Positions 1 to 9,816 of a stretch of 64,000 nt of DNA are shown here, piece by piece. Both the position numbers and the translations under genes were made by a program. Each line of letters begins with the position of its first letter. The stretch's first letter is position 1. The notes under the pieces were generated by a model, which saw only the letters and a list, made by a program, of their open reading frames with translations, was not told the origin of the DNA and searched no databases. Origin of the DNA: a virus; the IMG/VR virus record IMGVR_UViG_3300045988_147927, positions 1-64,000 of that record. One strand, given 5' to 3'.

Positions 1-218
1 TAATTCGATTTAAGCTACGGAGTGGTGCAATAGAGAAGGAAATGCAGAAACAGATGATGAGTATTAGTGAGTTATCACGAATGAGTGGATTATCTCGACC
101 TGCGATTTATTCTTTAATTAAAGAAGATGTTGATTTTGTAAGAGTAGCAACTTGTAGAAAAGTATCATTAGCATTAGGTGTTGATGTGACTGATTTATTT
201 GAAGTGGTAGGTGAGTAG
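1..218 (+). CDS. XRE/Cro-type helix-turn-helix DNA-binding protein (5' end may lie at or just beyond the window edge)
   Basis: Frame open from nt 3, ATG at 42, TAG at 216-218. Translation ...KEMQKQMMSISELSRMSGLSRPAIYSLIKEDVDFVRVATCRKVSLALGVDVTDLFEVVGE has the typical short HTH_XRE layout. Confidence 0.7.
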   Translation, partial: IRFKLRSGAIEKEMQKQMMSISELSRMSGLSRPAIYSLIKEDVDFVRVATCRKVSLALGVDVTDLFEVVGE

Positions 219-221
219 GGT

Positions 222-1238
222 ATGGATGAGAATAGGTTTTATAGTTTAGATATTCATACGCAATACCTATTACAGGATAGTGTTAGACGAGATAGTTTTA
301 AGAATATCACTACCATAGAGGGTGTACAGTGGTTACTATTCACTTTTTATCATTGGGGTATTCAATATCTCACTTATGATGAGAAAAAGGGTTTACAGTT
401 ATTTCATAGTAAACCTGTATATGATACTAAGTCTAAGAGTTGGTATGGTGGTGTTATTACTAAATCAGTAGAGAATACTGATGGTAATGGTAATAATGGT
501 AATAGTGGTAATATTGGTGTAGGTGAAGGCAATGGAAATACTATTAATAGTGGGGTTGATAGCAGGAGTGTGTCTAATATCACAAGAGACATCAACTCTG
601 AGGTTAATACTATTAGTGATACTGCTGTTGCTGATGGTAGGGAAGGTGTAAATCATGTTACTAGAGTTTCTAATGTTGATGGTACTGGTAATAGTATGGT
701 TAATAGGGGTATTCTCAATCAAAGGGAGCCTAATCGGACAGATAGTATGGCTATTCCTAATCATATGGATGTACGATATAATGTTCCTGTAGAAGAATAT
801 GTAGATACTATTAATAAATCTAAGAATCTATCTTTTTATATTCATTCCTTGATTTCAAGTGTATTCCCTTTTAATGATGGTACAGGTATTGAATTGGTAA
901 CACAGGCAATTAATGAGGATGCTACTAAACAAAAGTTACATGATGGTAGTATAGTAGAAGTATCTAATAATGGTGTTACATGGTTTAAGAGGTATTTTAA
1001 AGAGATAGTACCTAATATGTCTACTAAATTTTGTGTGTATGGTGGTGGGCGAACAAAAGATACGATTAGGGATATGGCTGATGTAGAGTATTATCAGTAT
1101 ATTAGATATAATGATGTAGATACTAATAGTAATACTTGTGGTAATACTTGTGGTAACTGTCATACTGTAAAATATGAGGCAATTAGGAATACTATTGATG
1201 GTAATGGAGTATTTAGTGATAGGGATAGTTTGAAATAA
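222..1238 (+). CDS. hypothetical protein with Gly/Asn-rich low-complexity core
   Basis: 338-aa ORF. GGTAAT-type tandem codon repeats at ~nt 481-545 (GNGNNGNSGNIGVGEGNGN) and a duplicated AATACTTGTGGTA near nt 1128-1156. Confidence 0.7.
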   Translation: MDENRFYSLDIHTQYLLQDSVRRDSFKNITTIEGVQWLLFTFYHWGIQYLTYDEKKGLQLFHSKPVYDTKSKSWYGGVITKSVENTDGNGNNGNSGNIGVGEGNGNTINSGVDSRSVSNITRDINSEVNTISDTAVADGREGVNHVTRVSNVDGTGNSMVNRGILNQREPNRTDSMAIPNHMDVRYNVPVEEYVDTINKSKNLSFYIHSLISSVFPFNDGTGIELVTQAINEDATKQKLHDGSIVEVSNNGVTWFKRYFKEIVPNMSTKFCVYGGGRTKDTIRDMADVEYYQYIRYNDVDTNSNTCGNTCGNCHTVKYEAIRNTIDGNGVFSDRDSLK

Positions 1239-1247
1239 AAAAAAGAG

Positions 1248-1781
1248 ATGGGAAGTAGTCAATCAGAATACAGTAATAATGTTAATAGGAAGATTACTGT
1301 GGGAGATACAAAAGATAGCAAGATAAATGCAATAGGACAGAGGGTGTTTGAGTTAGGTACTATACCGAAAGTATCTATTAATCTCTCTGAATATTTGCGT
1401 TTACAGGGGATTGAGAGGGAATATAAACATTTACAAAAGAAACAAGATAGGTTAGAGGTAGTTGAGCCTATAGATTGTTATGATTCATTAGAGGATAATC
1501 TGTATAATGAGTTAGAGGTGCTATATACAAAGTATCGTGGTTGTTTTATATGGGATTTATCCAATATTTTATGTGGTATTATAGCATTTTATATTGAGAA
1601 GTATCTTGAAGAGGCATCAATTAGTTTTGAAGATGAAGAGTTTTATAATGATTTAAAGTATATATCTGATACTATGCATCATTATTTTACTAAAGGTGAT
1701 GTTGATAGAGATGATGATGTAGAGAGTGTTAAAATAGCATTGGAGTTGTTACAAAAGCATGTATTTAGTTTGTGGACCTGA
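1248..1781 (+). CDS. hypothetical protein
   Basis: 177-aa ORF in the co-directional array. No motif recognised. Confidence 0.7.
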   Translation: MGSSQSEYSNNVNRKITVGDTKDSKINAIGQRVFELGTIPKVSINLSEYLRLQGIEREYKHLQKKQDRLEVVEPIDCYDSLEDNLYNELEVLYTKYRGCFIWDLSNILCGIIAFYIEKYLEEASISFEDEEFYNDLKYISDTMHHYFTKGDVDRDDDVESVKIALELLQKHVFSLWT

Positions 1782-1789
1782 TAGTGAAT

Positions 1790-1954
1790 ATGTGGCGATA
1801 TATTGTATTAGTTTGTTTGCTGTTCTTATTGGTATTTACCTTTGGGTGTGTAAACAATCAAAATAATAATCAACAGAATCAAATACAAGATACAAAACAA
1901 AAGATAGTTTATGTATGTCATAATTTAAAGGAGAGCAAAAAGGGTGAGAAATAA
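1790..1954 (+). CDS. small putative lipoprotein
   Basis: MWRYIVLVCLLFLLVFTFGCVNN: hydrophobic signal segment plus a lipobox-like FTFGC. Start uncertain (the track ORF starts at 1772). Confidence 0.5.
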   Translation: MWRYIVLVCLLFLLVFTFGCVNNQNNNQQNQIQDTKQKIVYVCHNLKESKKGEK

Positions 1955-2438
1955 TATAAATATCAATATGTGTAGGTGGAAAAGTGAATCTACATTTCAA
2001 TACATTCTAGCTAAACAATTATATCTTAATAATATCTGTATTCCTAATGTTACAATGTATACTCCTAAGAAGAGAGAATATGAGGCAGATTTCTTATATT
2101 TTAACTTAAAGAGTAGACGTTTAACAGAGGTTGAAATTAAAATTAATAAAATTGACTTTCAAAATGATTTTAATAAACCTAGATATCATGATAGTGAGGA
2201 TGTATCTTATTTATATTATGCATTACCTAGTGATGTGTATGAAAAACATAAGGATTTTATTGATTCTAGATTAGGGGATGCTGGGCTTATCTTAATTGAT
2301 AGGAAAGAGGATAAGGATGGTGCTTATTATACATTTGGTAGTTTTAAAAAGAAAGCTAAAAAACGTAAATATGCACTCCCTTTAACAGATGATAAAGTTA
2401 TTCGATATATGCGTATAGGCTGTATGAAATGGGTTTGA
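1944..2438 (+). CDS. putative PD-(D/E)XK-type nuclease (MmcB-like)
   Basis: EYEADFLYF...LTEVEIKINKIDFQNDFNK matches a D...E-x-K nuclease core followed by the K-x-x-DF-x-x-D pattern I associate with MmcB-like proteins. AAGGAGAG RBS ~8 nt upstream of the GTG start. Confidence 0.4.
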   Translation: MRNNININMCRWKSESTFQYILAKQLYLNNICIPNVTMYTPKKREYEADFLYFNLKSRRLTEVEIKINKIDFQNDFNKPRYHDSEDVSYLYYALPSDVYEKHKDFIDSRLGDAGLILIDRKEDKDGAYYTFGSFKKKAKKRKYALPLTDDKVIRYMRIGCMKWV

Positions 2439-2558
2439 AGAGTGATTAGTATGTATTAGACTAATTTAGGTTAATGATATGGAACACACAATCGCTATCA
2501 TACTATATTTGAATAATATATTACATGATGATACAGAAGATGAATAGGAGAGATAACT

Positions 2559-3161
2559 ATGGGAATGTTTAAACTAAAAGATATTCAAGCACGATTAGAT
2601 ATATTGTCTAGTACAAAGAATGTAGAATTATTAAATGGTGATTTACTTTACAAGTATACATTTGATACCGTGAGTTTTAATACATATAATTATGATGGTA
2701 TTGAGATTATTACATTTTTTGTGCATGATAATAAATACATTGAAGTTACCTATAAGTACTTAAATGCTATTATGACTAAGGCAATTAATATAGTTAAATA
2801 TAAAGATACTAATGATGGGGTTTTTTATTTAGACTCTTTTTCAATATTGAATGAGTTATTTACAACATTACCTAACTATGTTGATTATGTGGATATGCAG
2901 ACTTTGTGTAATGGGTTTGATTTTGTAGAGAAACAATATCTTAAAATAGTTGATACAGATGATAGGTTTGTAACGTCAGGTAAATCTTTTGTAGGTGGGA
3001 ATCATTTTTTTGTACGTTTTTATACGATTGATTTTGATGGTAAGGATGCACAAGGTGAAAATAAATATTTTGTAGAGTCTTTGCTTGATAGAGATTTGTT
3101 TAAGGGTGAGGAGTCTAATATTTCTAATTTAAATGAAGTGATTAAATATGCTAGTGAATAG
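2559..3161 (+). CDS. hypothetical protein
   Basis: 200-aa ORF preceded by AGGAGAG. Confidence 0.7.
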   Translation: MGMFKLKDIQARLDILSSTKNVELLNGDLLYKYTFDTVSFNTYNYDGIEIITFFVHDNKYIEVTYKYLNAIMTKAINIVKYKDTNDGVFYLDSFSILNELFTTLPNYVDYVDMQTLCNGFDFVEKQYLKIVDTDDRFVTSGKSFVGGNHFFVRFYTIDFDGKDAQGENKYFVESLLDRDLFKGEESNISNLNEVIKYASE

Positions 3162-3236
3162 TGGGTTATAAAGTGGGCTAGTATCTAGTGGTGTCGTGAG
3201 TTATAGTTGATTTGTTGTTAATTTATAGGGGTTTGT

Positions 3237-3488
3237 GTGGTGTGTATTCATAGGGATGTAGAACATAGGACACGTTCTTATACTGATAATCAAGAAGTGA
3301 TTCAAAGTCATAAGGAAGTGTTAGATAATATAGAGTATATATGGGGTTGTTATCCTGAGTTACGTTTGGGGCAGCTATTATGTTATATCTCTAGTGAGGT
3401 ATTAGGTACATCAGACCCTTTTTATTTACCTGATAGTCGATATGAGTTGTTTAAAGATACAGTAGCAGATAGGTATAAGAATCTATGA
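3237..3488 (+). CDS. hypothetical protein
   Basis: 83-aa ORF with GTG start; its end overlaps the next gene's start (ATGA). Confidence 0.55.
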   Translation: MVCIHRDVEHRTRSYTDNQEVIQSHKEVLDNIEYIWGCYPELRLGQLLCYISSEVLGTSDPFYLPDSRYELFKDTVADRYKNL

Positions 3489-3853
3489 GTGATGTCAAAG
3501 AGTATATATTGAGCTGGATAACATACTTTAAGTTATGTGTATATGTTGAGGTGATGAATCATATACAAAGGAGTTCTACTCAATATTATCAGTATATAAT
3601 TAATAACTCTTTTAAAGAGCTATTTAGAGTCTATGGTGATTTTGTTGATAAGAATTATGATGAGGCATGTTCTAAACTAGAAAAAGAAATAGATATTACT
3701 AATGATGAGGGATATAAACAATATTTAACTGCTTATATGGAAGGACTTAAAAAACAATATACCTTTGGAAGAAATTTAAGGGTTCAAGCTATGAATGATT
3801 GTGATACATTTATGAAGGAATTAAAGTGTTATGAGTTCATTAAAAAAGATTAG
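3485..3853 (+). CDS. hypothetical protein
   Basis: 122-aa ORF, translationally coupled to its neighbours. Confidence 0.65.
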   Translation: MSDVKEYILSWITYFKLCVYVEVMNHIQRSSTQYYQYIINNSFKELFRVYGDFVDKNYDEACSKLEKEIDITNDEGYKQYLTAYMEGLKKQYTFGRNLRVQAMNDCDTFMKELKCYEFIKKD

Positions 3854-4286
3854 TATACTATCTGTAATATTGATTACTACGAGTACTGTAGGATATGGTG
3901 CTACAGTAGTTGTGCCTAGAGTATCTGTTGTAAGAGTGCCTACAAGTAGACCAACTGTCAATACACCTAAACCTAGTGTAACTAAAAGTACATCTAATAC
4001 ATCTAATAAGAGTAGTAATGGTACTACACCTAAATCTAGTGAGAGTAAGAGTTCTACTGTAGAGAAGAGTTTTAGTGAGAGTAGTGGACGTTCATCATTT
4101 TTTGATAGTATGAGTGGTGCAATTACTGGTTCATGGTTATATAATTCATTATTTAATAATCATTATAGTAGTAACGCTAATGATAATAAAGAATCTCCTA
4201 GTGAGGGTAGTGATAATTCATGTGGATTATGGGATTGGATAACTAATAATATTGAATATTTAAAACGAGTATTATTAGGGGAGTAA
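3831..4286 (+). CDS. secreted/membrane-anchored Ser/Thr-rich protein
   Basis: N-terminal hydrophobic segment ISILSVILITTSTVGYG followed by a long S/T/K/P-rich region. Confidence 0.6.
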   Translation: MSSLKKISILSVILITTSTVGYGATVVVPRVSVVRVPTSRPTVNTPKPSVTKSTSNTSNKSSNGTTPKSSESKSSTVEKSFSESSGRSSFFDSMSGAITGSWLYNSLFNNHYSSNANDNKESPSEGSDNSCGLWDWITNNIEYLKRVLLGE

Positions 4287-4292
4287 TATACT

Positions 4293-4574
4293 ATGAGTAC
4301 TAAAGATGTTACTGATATTATACATACATTATTAAATCTTGATAGTGTTGAGTTAGAGGATTATTGGATATTCAAAGTCGATGATTCTTTATTTGATAGA
4401 GTTGATATAATACTAGAAGAGGATGGTACTGATACATATCGCAGGTATATTTATAAGTGTGTAGATGGTAAGTATTATGAATATGCATACTGGGAAGATT
4501 ACTTTGGGGATAGATATGCTTTTAGTTTTAGGGAAGTTAATAGAGTACCTAAAGTTGAGTATGAGTGGAAATAG
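4293..4574 (+). CDS. hypothetical protein
   Basis: 93-aa ORF. Confidence 0.65.
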   Translation: MSTKDVTDIIHTLLNLDSVELEDYWIFKVDDSLFDRVDIILEEDGTDTYRRYIYKCVDGKYYEYAYWEDYFGDRYAFSFREVNRVPKVEYEWK

Positions 4575-4595
4575 TATAATATAAAAAGTTTTTAT

Positions 4596-4639
4596 GAGAT
4601 AGTGCAGATATGTAATAATATTTGTATTATCTCTTTTTT
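4596..4639 (+). terminator. rho-independent terminator candidate
   Basis: Stem GAGATAGTGC / GTATTATCTC followed by TTTTTT (4634-4639). Confidence 0.55.
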
Positions 4640-4698
4640 GTTATATTTAGTATAATAAAAGTGTAATAGTGGTTCTTAGTTTAAAAGGAGATACTAAA

Positions 4699-5052
4699 AT
4701 GATTCCTAGCTATGATTTAATGTATGTAATAACTAAAGAATGTATCTCATACCTACAAAGTGTATGGGGTAATGATGAATGTGAGGATTGTACATTTGAA
4801 GATATATACTGTTGTCTAATGATTGCTGTTAATGATGGTTTATTAGATATACCTCTTTACATTAAAGAATCCAAAGAATATTATAAAACAAAAAGGGAAG
4901 TAAACTTTAATAAGTATATGTTAGATGTGTTGTTAAAGATGTATGAAGAGAATAAAATGAAGTATACGTATAAGGTTGATAACGTAACACATATTTCTGA
5001 TGAGTTCTATGTCTTAGAGAAAGAGTTAGAAAAGTTAGTAAAGGAGAATTAA
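4699..5052 (+). CDS. hypothetical protein
   Basis: ATG at 4699 preceded by AAAGGAGA; the track ORF starts upstream at GTG 4669. Confidence 0.65.
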   Translation: MIPSYDLMYVITKECISYLQSVWGNDECEDCTFEDIYCCLMIAVNDGLLDIPLYIKESKEYYKTKREVNFNKYMLDVLLKMYEENKMKYTYKVDNVTHISDEFYVLEKELEKLVKEN

Positions 5053-5054
5053 AT

Positions 5055-5375
5055 ATGATTAATCTAAAAGTACCTAGTGATGATTTAATTAGAGATATCG
5101 TAGTAATATGGAAAGAATGTTGTGAGTTTAGTAAGAATGCTGGATTAGATATGGATAGTGATTTTATATTATGTGGGATATTTGATGAGTTAAGTTGTGG
5201 TGCTATTGGATGTGCATTATATCAACAGGAGAAGAAAGATTATCTTAGATTATTTGATTGTGGGTTTCATAAAGCTATTTATGATAAGATTATGAGTATC
5301 TACGATGTAAATAAACATAAATACAATAATACTTTTAATTATGTGGAAGTAGTATCTAAAGAATTAGGGTTATAA
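5055..5375 (+). CDS. hypothetical protein
   Basis: 106-aa ORF preceded by AAGGAGAA. Confidence 0.65.
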   Translation: MINLKVPSDDLIRDIVVIWKECCEFSKNAGLDMDSDFILCGIFDELSCGAIGCALYQQEKKDYLRLFDCGFHKAIYDKIMSIYDVNKHKYNNTFNYVEVVSKELGL

Positions 5376-5392
5376 TAGAGGAGATAAGAATC

Positions 5393-6817
5393 ATGGCAAA
5401 AACATTGTTAATTAATGATATGGATATAAGTGTGGTGGATTTAGAGGATTTCTATCATAAACGAGTTCGTGGTATAGGTGTATATGAGGTATTAGATACT
5501 AATCATATTAAGTCAGATGTAACCTATGCGATTGAAACACCTTTTACATTTACTGATATTGCAGTAACTGAGGTGTTTACTAAAGGTATATTTATATTAG
5601 ACTCTATGGCTATTGAAGAAGATGGTGTAGTTAATAGTGGTGACTTAATTGTTACACTTAGACATATGTTGCATAAGAGTCATGGGTTTGAAGAAATTGG
5701 TGATTATACTACTGTTGGTGATACATTACAGGATATTATGTGTAGGGAAAGTTTTGATGAAGAATCTTATAGTAGTAGTGTACAGTATTTAAACTTCGTC
5801 TATCAGGTTTTAACTGAGATAACTGATGTATTTAGTTATGTAGGTGGAGATAGCATTAAGGGTTGGATTCATTTTTTAAAACATTATACTATTCAATATG
5901 ATGGAGAATATCATATCTCATTTGTACCAATAAAAAAGTATAAAGAATTAGCACAAGATGTAGGTAATAAGAGTGTAACTCTTTTGCAGTATGTAATGTC
6001 TTTGGGGTATGATGTAATTCAAAGAAATGTATTTGTGAAGGGTAGTGGTGTGTATTATCGTTCAGTAGGTAAAGACGGGTATCCTTGTAGTTTAGATTTT
6101 ATCTTAGAGAATGATAAGTTACCTAAGATATATAGAGCTTGTTTAGATGAAGTAATGGGTAAGTATATTAAGCGGAATAGACAGTCTATTTTTTATAGTA
6201 GCTTTATCAATATCATCGATGTGATTGAGTGGGTTACTAAAAATTGTGATATTAATGATGTAGATATTGAGTATGTTAAACAGTATATGAAGGAAGTTAC
6301 TAATACTATCAATAGTAATGTAGATACTATCTTAAAGAAACAGGATTTTAAGTACCTATATGATTCTTTATTATTTTTGTATACTAAGGGGTATAAAACA
6401 TTAGATATTCATGAAGATTATTTGTTAGCTGTAAAGCAGAAATATACACAACAAGATGTAGATTCACATAAAGTACCTTTAAAATCTTATATCGATATTT
6501 CATTCTTATTCGATGTATTAGGGATTAGATATAAGATTGAGTATGGTGTGTATAATATTCTTGAAGTATTAAATATTCCTGTTAATGGTTCATTAGTGTA
6601 TCATAATAATCAACCTTATTACTACCATTCTATGTCTATTGAACGTGGTGAGTGTGTTCATAGAGTGTATTATAATCATTACAATAAAGAAGTATGTGAT
6701 ATTATGGGGTATGAGCCTGTAAAGGTTGATACTGTGTCATATGATAGTGGTGTTACAATTTTTAAAGATGTTACTACTGATGATAAGTGGAAAGAATTTT
6801 TAAAAAGTAAGGTTTAG
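5393..6817 (+). CDS. hypothetical protein (474 aa)
   Basis: Long ORF preceded by GAGGAGA. Confidence 0.8.
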   Translation: MAKTLLINDMDISVVDLEDFYHKRVRGIGVYEVLDTNHIKSDVTYAIETPFTFTDIAVTEVFTKGIFILDSMAIEEDGVVNSGDLIVTLRHMLHKSHGFEEIGDYTTVGDTLQDIMCRESFDEESYSSSVQYLNFVYQVLTEITDVFSYVGGDSIKGWIHFLKHYTIQYDGEYHISFVPIKKYKELAQDVGNKSVTLLQYVMSLGYDVIQRNVFVKGSGVYYRSVGKDGYPCSLDFILENDKLPKIYRACLDEVMGKYIKRNRQSIFYSSFINIIDVIEWVTKNCDINDVDIEYVKQYMKEVTNTINSNVDTILKKQDFKYLYDSLLFLYTKGYKTLDIHEDYLLAVKQKYTQQDVDSHKVPLKSYIDISFLFDVLGIRYKIEYGVYNILEVLNIPVNGSLVYHNNQPYYYHSMSIERGECVHRVYYNHYNKEVCDIMGYEPVKVDTVSYDSGVTIFKDVTTDDKWKEFLKSKV

Positions 6818-7227
6818 TTGTAAATCATTTTCAATAAGCACTTTTTCAGTTTTGTTAAAATATAGGTGTTTTATAAAATTTCATAGAGGGAGATACAAAA
6901 AATTTTGTAATATTTTGTATATTTTTGTAGTGTTTTGTAAAGTGTGTAAAAATATTAGTTGTGAATTATTATCATTTATAGGGTATTTTTGCACACTTTA
7001 TGTTGTTTTTGTGAATTATTATCATTTAGAATGATAGTTAGGGTATTTTCTGAATTTTGATAATTTTCAATTTTAGGTCATTTTGATGATTTTGATAACT
7101 TTTCACTATAGGAAGTATAAAAAATATTTGTAATATTGTGTAATGTGGTGTAAAATATAGTAAAGTTAATGAAAAATACATAGTTTTTATGTATTGTAAA
7201 TTATTCTCAATTAGATAGGAGATTTGT
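6818..7227. promoter_or_regulatory. repeat-rich non-coding region (candidate operator/iteron or origin-like region)
   Basis: About 410 bp with no credible ORF. GTGAATTATTATCATTTA occurs at 6961-6978 and 7011-7028, each followed by AGGGTATTTT (6980-6989, 7040-7049). ATTTTGATAAyTTTTCA occurs at 7053-7070 and 7088-7105. TTTGTAATATT(T)TGTA occurs at ~6902-6919 and ~7126-7142. There are many TGTAA motifs. Confidence 0.5.
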
Positions 7228-9366
7228 ATGTATACAGTAGCAAGAGATAGAGGGTTAGGGTGTCAAAAAGTAAATGCTAAGGATTACCTTGATGCTATTA
7301 CATTGTATTATGATGTATTAGTTAATGATGCTCATATGTCTATTACAGATGTTAAGGGTATTAGTTGTCATTTAGTGAATAAGTTTAAGGATTTCTATGT
7401 AGGTGATGTTGGATATTGTATTTCTAAGCTATATGAATTTATTCGTAGTGCTATTTATAGGGATATAGAGGTATATGATTATTTACGTGGAAATAATGAG
7501 TTTATCAATGTTGATTTTACATTGATAGATTGTGTACACGAGTCATCTATTAGTGGGATTGTTAAACTTTTAATTCGTTGTAAGATGTTGATGAGATTAC
7601 TTGGAGAACGTGCCAATAAGGGAGATACAATAACGTATCTTAGAAGAAACAACTTTTTATCTAAGTTTGTAGTGTGTGGTGTATCAAGCATTAATTTAAG
7701 TCCTTTTGAGGATATTCTATATATCGTTACATTTAATGGTAAGAAGTGGATAAGCATTGAAGATGTGATGACTAATATTAAATGTATGATATCCTATATC
7801 TGTAGTGATAATAGAAACGAATTACGTGCATTATATGATGTGATTCGTGAGGATACATCATATTTACAGATAGAAAATACCTTAACAGCTGTAAGTTTTG
7901 ATACAGATTGTAGTGATGATTGCTATGTATATGAGATAGATGATGTTTTTAGATGTGAATTAGAACATATTGAGTGTGTGGGTGATTTACAAGATTTATT
8001 TTATGTTCTACATTTTGCTACTAAGTATTTACATGAAGATGATAGATTAATTACATTAGGGGATATTGCTGGATATATGCTATCTCATGCATATCTATCT
8101 AGGGTTGGTTGTATGTCGATTCTTAATGATAGTAGTGCTTTAGATTCTGTTGAGCAAACTATGGTTACAGAGTGGTGTCTACATGGTGATTTTATTGGAG
8201 ATTCATGTATGCCAATACATCAAAGTTATTGTGTTAGTGTTTTAAATACATTCAATGGTTATCTAACTAATGGGAGTATAGTTAGGTTGCATAGACTGCT
8301 TAATGTGTTAGATACACATAGAAGTGATGTCACTGTTTCTGATGGGAGTATAGTCATTGATGGCTATGTGTTTGGTTTTGGTGCATATATTCAACCTACA
8401 TATTTAGATACGATTGTTGGTGTCTATGAAGAGATTGTTACATTGCATAAGATTCATGAGGTGTTACAAATGTATTCTATGTTGTGGAATACTACTGTCA
8501 TTCCTTTAAATGTTGTGGAAGTTTTTAAATGTTTGTCTTGTATGTCTGATGATACTCTAACTTGTGGTTTTATGTTAGATGTTGATGGGAGTGGTACTGT
8601 GTATGTACGTGATATTGATGAAGATAGTCTAGTGTATACACATAGTCATTCTCTACAGCATATGTTTGATTATAGTGGTGTTAAAACTTATAAAGATGTA
8701 AAAGAGTCTAACAGGGTTATGCATTATGTGAAAGATAATATTAAGAATTACATAGATTCGTTACGATTGTTAGTTAATGGGTTCAAAGAGGTATGTTCGT
8801 ATAAAGGTATAGATAAGGTATTCTTGGATTGTGAATCACAACAAATAGATTGTTTTGGGTATATGATTGCTTTACATAATGGTAAGAATAGAAGAGTTAT
8901 CATCGATTGTCCTAACCTTAGTAGTACAATATATCATATGTGTATGGATTGTTTTCATGAAGGGCTTACAGAAAATTCATTGTATGAGATGTTAGTGGCA
9001 TTGAATCGATTATATGGGTATCTAAATGATGCATTGGCTAATGTAGGTCTACGAGATGAGTATTATGAAGTATTAAAAGATATTAGTCATGATTTGTTTG
9101 TTGTCGAAGAGATGTTTAATAAAGTGATGGGTCATAGTAAATGTGTTAATCATAAAGCAGATAATGTATCTAAACAGTTAGTGCAAGATTTCATTGATAA
9201 TGGATATGTGTTAGCAGTTAAAGATGGTGATGATATTGTGGTGTATACTGAAGATAAGAGCCAGTCTGAGGTAGTGCCAAAGTCATTACACAAATATTTC
9301 TATAATATTGATTCGATTGATATGTTACCTTTAGTGTATTATGTGTATCATTGTGAGGGATACTAA
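7228..9366 (+). CDS. hypothetical protein (712 aa), paralogue family with 9817..12051
   Basis: Long ORF. The C-terminal ...SEVVPKSLHKYFYNID matches the small ORF at 11863..12051. Confidence 0.8.
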   Translation: MYTVARDRGLGCQKVNAKDYLDAITLYYDVLVNDAHMSITDVKGISCHLVNKFKDFYVGDVGYCISKLYEFIRSAIYRDIEVYDYLRGNNEFINVDFTLIDCVHESSISGIVKLLIRCKMLMRLLGERANKGDTITYLRRNNFLSKFVVCGVSSINLSPFEDILYIVTFNGKKWISIEDVMTNIKCMISYICSDNRNELRALYDVIREDTSYLQIENTLTAVSFDTDCSDDCYVYEIDDVFRCELEHIECVGDLQDLFYVLHFATKYLHEDDRLITLGDIAGYMLSHAYLSRVGCMSILNDSSALDSVEQTMVTEWCLHGDFIGDSCMPIHQSYCVSVLNTFNGYLTNGSIVRLHRLLNVLDTHRSDVTVSDGSIVIDGYVFGFGAYIQPTYLDTIVGVYEEIVTLHKIHEVLQMYSMLWNTTVIPLNVVEVFKCLSCMSDDTLTCGFMLDVDGSGTVYVRDIDEDSLVYTHSHSLQHMFDYSGVKTYKDVKESNRVMHYVKDNIKNYIDSLRLLVNGFKEVCSYKGIDKVFLDCESQQIDCFGYMIALHNGKNRRVIIDCPNLSSTIYHMCMDCFHEGLTENSLYEMLVALNRLYGYLNDALANVGLRDEYYEVLKDISHDLFVVEEMFNKVMGHSKCVNHKADNVSKQLVQDFIDNGYVLAVKDGDDIVVYTEDKSQSEVVPKSLHKYFYNIDSIDMLPLVYYVYHCEGY

Positions 9367-9367
9367 T

Positions 9368-9799
9368 ATGAAATATAAATTTACACCTGCTACAACCATT
9401 TTACATTTATATGATGTGCTGTATTTACTAGATAATACTGCTTTTTATAAGTTAGCTGAACATAAGGGGTATATTACGATTGGTGATATGTTAGAGGCAA
9501 CTACTGTATATAGGGATTTTATGGAAAGTAGTCATAGTAATGCATATCATATTATCAATGAAGCTGTGCAACAGATTTCTTTTAAAGAGTTAGAGGAGTT
9601 GTATCATAGTCATGATGATGTTGATATGAGTGTCTACAAATTAGTGTCTATAGAAGAGGTTAGATATGCTAAAAGTTGTGTACGTGCTTTCAGCTCTAAT
9701 ATAGAGTTATGTGATACAAAATATTATCATAGCTCTGATTTAATGGATGAAGTGTTTAAGGTGATGTCAGATATTAAACAAGAGCTTGGTATACAATAA
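9368..9799 (+). CDS. hypothetical protein
   Basis: ATG 9368 lies just after the upstream stop, with GAGGGA ~8 nt upstream. Confidence 0.65.
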   Translation: MKYKFTPATTILHLYDVLYLLDNTAFYKLAEHKGYITIGDMLEATTVYRDFMESSHSNAYHIINEAVQQISFKELEELYHSHDDVDMSVYKLVSIEEVRYAKSCVRAFSSNIELCDTKYYHSSDLMDEVFKVMSDIKQELGIQ

Positions 9800-9816
9800 G
9801 TAAAGGAGATTAAGTT

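Noticed and set aside
6852-7034. 60-aa plus-strand ORF in the repeat-rich intergenic region.
   Set aside because: It has no RBS and a Phe/Cys/Tyr/Lys-rich composition. It is built directly from the direct repeats, so the region is treated as non-coding regulatory DNA.
6961-7049. Direct repeats considered as a possible mini-CRISPR array.
   Set aside because: There are only two copies of an 18-nt AT-rich repeat. The spacing and repeat length are atypical, the repeat has no CRISPR-like palindromic structure, and there are no cas genes.
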